A stretch of 64,000 nucleotides of DNA, from the NCBI GenBank assembly GCA_963678315.1, contig OY782781.1:1760001-1824000 (forward strand), written 5' to 3'. Positions within the stretch are counted from its first letter, which is position 1, and each line of letters begins with the position of its first letter. Below are positions 60,878-64,000 of the stretch, one piece after another. The notes below the pieces were generated by a model. It worked only from the letters and a program-made list of their open reading frames with translations. It was not told the origin of the DNA and ran no database searches. The stretch is from Candidatus Cloacimonadales bacterium (GTDB lineage: Bacteria; Cloacimonadota; Cloacimonadia; Cloacimonadales; JAFGVF01). Made by a program: the position numbers and the translations under genes.

Positions 60878-62491
60878 ATGTATAAATTTTTAATTACTAT
60901 GCTATTTTTTATAAGCTTATTAAGCTGTTTTGCTGAAAATGAAATGCCTATAATGTATACCTTTCAAGGCCCTTGGGAAGGATCAGCCTATGGTAGAGAT
61001 GTAATATCACTTGACTTTAACGCTGATGGAATTGATGACTTTATGACAACAGCTCAAGCAGAAGTAGATAATCTGTATAACGTATATATCCACTATGGCG
61101 GAGAAAACTTCTGTCCTGTTCCAAATGATACTCTTCAAGTAGGTTATGATAATATTTATAGAATAGGTTTGTTTGCTACAGGAGATGTTAATGGTGATGG
61201 TTATGATGACTTTGCAACTTTTGGTAGATACCCTAATCAAGAAATAGAATACACCTACAACTTTTACTACGGTGGCCCCAATCCTGATTTACTTGTAGAT
61301 CACCAATGTAGCTACTATGTCGGACAATCAGACGGATATGACTGGTCTTATCCTAAAATGATCTCATGCCTTGGAGATGTTAATGGTGATGGCTGTGACG
61401 AACAAGCTATCATCTTGGAAAGAGGGTATAACATAGCATCCATTGCTTTACTTAGAGGAGGAAGCTTTGAAATTTTAGAAGTGATACCTAATGAAAACAA
61501 TTTAGGTTCTATAGATATCGATCCACTAGGAGATTTAAACAATGATGGCTATGATGATTTTTCTATAGGTTACTGGATATATCCAGAATATAGTTATACC
61601 TATGTCTATTGGGGCAATCCAGATTTTGATTTTAATCAACATGATAGTATTGCTATCTACAATCATTCTTCAATTTCTTATCATTTTTCAGGAAGTCTTG
61701 GAATTGGAGACTTCAACAATGATGGCTATGATGATTTTATCTATCCTCGTCAAGACAATTTTTCTAATAATGGTTATGGCCTTAAGTTAATGACTAATGA
61801 TTTACATGAAGCCCAAGGTTTTCCACTACAAAGACCTTCTTACCATCCTTGTTATATCTACGATGATGGCTACAATGGGCATTACATCAAACATGGAGAT
61901 TTTAATGGAGATGGTTATAGTGATATTGTTGGAGCAAATCCTTCTGCATATTTAAATGATGGTATCGCTGGAGTTTGGTTAGGAGGTCAAGTCCCTAATG
62001 GCACTTGTGATTTAACTTTAAATGCGATTAGTCAAGCCCCAGACCAATTTGGATATTCTTTAGCAGTAGGTGATTTTGATAATGATGGTTATGATGATAT
62101 TGCAATCTCAGAACCCTTTATGGTTTCAGGATGGGATCAGTTTGGCTTTGTAACTATATTTAGTGGATCCGACCAACTAACTGATACAACAGTGGCTAAT
62201 GACGATACAGAAGAAGTCATAAAAGATTCATTAAAATTAAATTTATATCCAAACCCTGTAAAATCTAATAACTTACAACTTAATTTCGAAATTAAAGGAG
62301 ACATCCCTAAGAATTGTATAACCTCAAAAATGGATATATACAATTTAAAGGGACAGAAAGTACAAAGTAATGATATCAATATCGTTCGCAAATCTGGAAC
62401 TGTAGAACTAGACTCTATAGCTTCAGGAATGTACTTAGCTAAAATTAAAATCAATGATGAGATTATCTCAGCTAAGTTTATTGTTAAATGA
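60878..62491 (+). CDS. FG-GAP repeat protein copy 6 (N-block allele C)
   Basis: Like copy 4 but with IPNENNLGSID block and different tail polymorphisms. Confidence 0.9.
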   Translation: MYKFLITMLFFISLLSCFAENEMPIMYTFQGPWEGSAYGRDVISLDFNADGIDDFMTTAQAEVDNLYNVYIHYGGENFCPVPNDTLQVGYDNIYRIGLFATGDVNGDGYDDFATFGRYPNQEIEYTYNFYYGGPNPDLLVDHQCSYYVGQSDGYDWSYPKMISCLGDVNGDGCDEQAIILERGYNIASIALLRGGSFEILEVIPNENNLGSIDIDPLGDLNNDGYDDFSIGYWIYPEYSYTYVYWGNPDFDFNQHDSIAIYNHSSISYHFSGSLGIGDFNNDGYDDFIYPRQDNFSNNGYGLKLMTNDLHEAQGFPLQRPSYHPCYIYDDGYNGHYIKHGDFNGDGYSDIVGANPSAYLNDGIAGVWLGGQVPNGTCDLTLNAISQAPDQFGYSLAVGDFDNDGYDDIAISEPFMVSGWDQFGFVTIFSGSDQLTDTTVANDDTEEVIKDSLKLNLYPNPVKSNNLQLNFEIKGDIPKNCITSKMDIYNLKGQKVQSNDINIVRKSGTVELDSIASGMYLAKIKINDEIISAKFIVK

Positions 62492-62518
62492 CGGTAACAC
62501 AGTTGATTATATTCCATC

Positions 62519-62613
62519 TTGAGAGATGTTTTTCCAAAGGTCTCTACATCATTAATAGCCCCCTTGAAAAATTGGCTTTTTTTCAATGAGACCAGTAAGG
62601 GAGGAGTTAGGAG
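62519..62613. repeat. REP-like elements immediately after the FG-GAP array
   Basis: Degenerate gaga...tctctac element, then hairpin ...cttgaaaaattggctttttttcaatgagaccagtaag-ggaggagttaggag homologous to 5657-5722 and 23591-23646. Confidence 0.75.
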
Positions 62614-62773
62614 ATGTACTGCTAGTAAAATGGAGTTAGCAACATCAGAGCAGCAAGCTACTAACAATAGCTAAAAACTCATTCAATGACTGATAAAATA
62701 ATGTTTGACAGATTTTGAAAAGGCTAGTTATTATACAAAGTTGTAATTAAGAGATCTGTAATAGGAGGAAAAT

Positions 62774-63580
62774 ATGAAGAAATCAAGTTACCAAGAACAT
62801 ATAGAAAAAAAGATATTGAAACGTCTAGATAATAAAGCACTGGAAGTAACAAAATATATATTTGAAAACGAAGAGATACAAACACTTCAGGATTACTGCA
62901 ATAATGTATCAATTAAACGCTTAGGATTCAATGATCATGGACCAGTTCACATGAGGAAGGCTACATTGAATGCAATAGTTATGTTTAGGCTTCTTAAAAA
63001 GAATGGGATTGAATTTAATCTTGAAAAAGAGTGTTGGGGTAATGAAGAAGATAGTTTAATTGCTGTCATACTTGCTTCATTGTTCCATGATTTCGGGATG
63101 TCAATTGCTAGAGAGAACCATGAACTTATGAGTGTAGAAATTGCTAGACCATATATCCAAAAAATACTAGAGAAATTCTATGAGGAAAGTGATTTAAAGA
63201 AAAAAGTAGCTATTATGTCAATAGCAACTGAAGGTATTTTAGGACACATGGGTACACAGAAGATACATTCCTTAGAGGCTGGACTAGTCTTAATTGGTGA
63301 CGGAACGGATATGGAGAGGGGGAGAGCTAGAATACCAATATTGTTAGCTTCAGCACCTAAACCTGGTGATATTCATAGAACATCTGCAGATGCTATCGAG
63401 AGAGTTCGATTTGAAGAAGGCAAGGAAAAACCTATCGAGATAAAAGTAACTATGAACTCTTCAGTTGGTTTCTTCCAAATTGAAGAAGTACTATTCCCAA
63501 AAATAGCTATTAGTCCGATTAAGAAATACATTGAATTATATGCTGGTGTTGAAGGCGAAGAGTATCTTCAATATTTATAG
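62774..63580 (+). CDS. HD-domain phosphohydrolase
   Basis: RLGFNDHGPVH, SLFHDFGM, GDGTDMERGRARIP. Confidence 0.85.
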   Translation: MKKSSYQEHIEKKILKRLDNKALEVTKYIFENEEIQTLQDYCNNVSIKRLGFNDHGPVHMRKATLNAIVMFRLLKKNGIEFNLEKECWGNEEDSLIAVILASLFHDFGMSIARENHELMSVEIARPYIQKILEKFYEESDLKKKVAIMSIATEGILGHMGTQKIHSLEAGLVLIGDGTDMERGRARIPILLASAPKPGDIHRTSADAIERVRFEEGKEKPIEIKVTMNSSVGFFQIEEVLFPKIAISPIKKYIELYAGVEGEEYLQYL

Positions 63581-63595
63581 AGTAGTATAGGAAAG

Positions 63596-64000
63596 ATGAA
63601 AAACTTACTTAGAATAAGACCGATTAAAAAAAGATTCATAATATCTTTGATAATTTCAATTCTTGTTATTGTAGGGATTATTCTATATTTTAGATTTTTT
63701 GACAATACTATTAGTTTTTCCTCACTATGGACAGCATTAACTGTCCTTACTACTTCAGCAATTATATGGGTTTTGATAAATGAACGGAAAAACTATGTTC
63801 ACACATTTGCCTGGATTCTAGTATTAATATTTCTACCACTGGTAGGTATATTTTTCTACTTTGCAGTTGGTAGAAACTTTCGTAAAAATAAACTTTTCTC
63901 TAATAAAGAAATAGCTGATAGACTAGAATTCAAGGCAATCAATAAGTTTCTAGATGTTAACTATCAAGACTACAATTTCATGATTGATAGTCAAAGTAGT
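63596..64000 (+). CDS. cls: Probable cardiolipin synthase, N-terminal part (runs off window end)
   Basis: Not in ORF track; ATG 63596, open to 64000; TFAWILVLIFLPLVGIFFYFAVGRNFRK is a PLDc_N-type segment; HKD motifs lie outside the window. Confidence 0.65.
   Translation, partial: MKNLLRIRPIKKRFIISLIISILVIVGIILYFRFFDNTISFSSLWTALTVLTTSAIIWVLINERKNYVHTFAWILVLIFLPLVGIFFYFAVGRNFRKNKLFSNKEIADRLEFKAINKFLDVNYQDYNFMIDSQSS

Larger units (their letters stand above)
52704..62491 (+). repeat. Tandem array of six gene-sized units of about 1635 bp
   Basis: Starts at 52704, 54339, 55975, 57610, 59243, 60878; spacers of 18/19/18/19/18 nt each with AAGGAG RBS. Confidence 0.95.

Noticed and set aside
52704..62491. 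DGR-type adenine mutagenesis or invertase shufflon explaining the array variation
   Set aside because: Differences include non-adenine changes and an indel, all copies are full-length and co-oriented, and no RT or recombinase is adjacent
53177..62667. Recurrent small antisense and alternate-frame ORFs in the FG-GAP array
   Set aside because: They recur only because the DNA is repeated; shadow ORFs

Overview
AT-rich bacterial chromosomal window. The secreted proteins ending in a 'YPNP...IYNLKGQKV...ASGMY' C-terminal domain and the overall gene content suggest Candidatus Cloacimonadota or a related FCB-group anaerobe (inference). In order it holds: the 5' part of a giant secreted GLUG/PKD/beta-helix protein missed by the ORF track (1-5366, minus); an NqrB-F type operon with no nqrA, followed by a class II photolyase; a lipoprotein/FHA/PP2C operon; a B12-binding + globin-like + histidine kinase operon; rph, trpS, secG and a tRNA-Leu with the rare AAG anticodon; two receptor-like Ser/Thr kinases with FGE (C-type-lectin-fold) domains set among REP-like palindromes and a heptamer tandem repeat; a long housekeeping run (der to argS) plus a moxR/bat operon; an ECF sigma/PDZ operon; add; and a head-to-tail array of six mosaic FG-GAP secreted protein genes with interchangeable variable blocks. 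Best candidates for novel biology: the mosaic six-gene array, the split photocobilin-like B12 sensor kinase operon, tRNA-Leu(AAG), the NqrA-less NQR and the non-RD lectin-fold receptor kinases. All calls are from motif reading only; no database searches were run.
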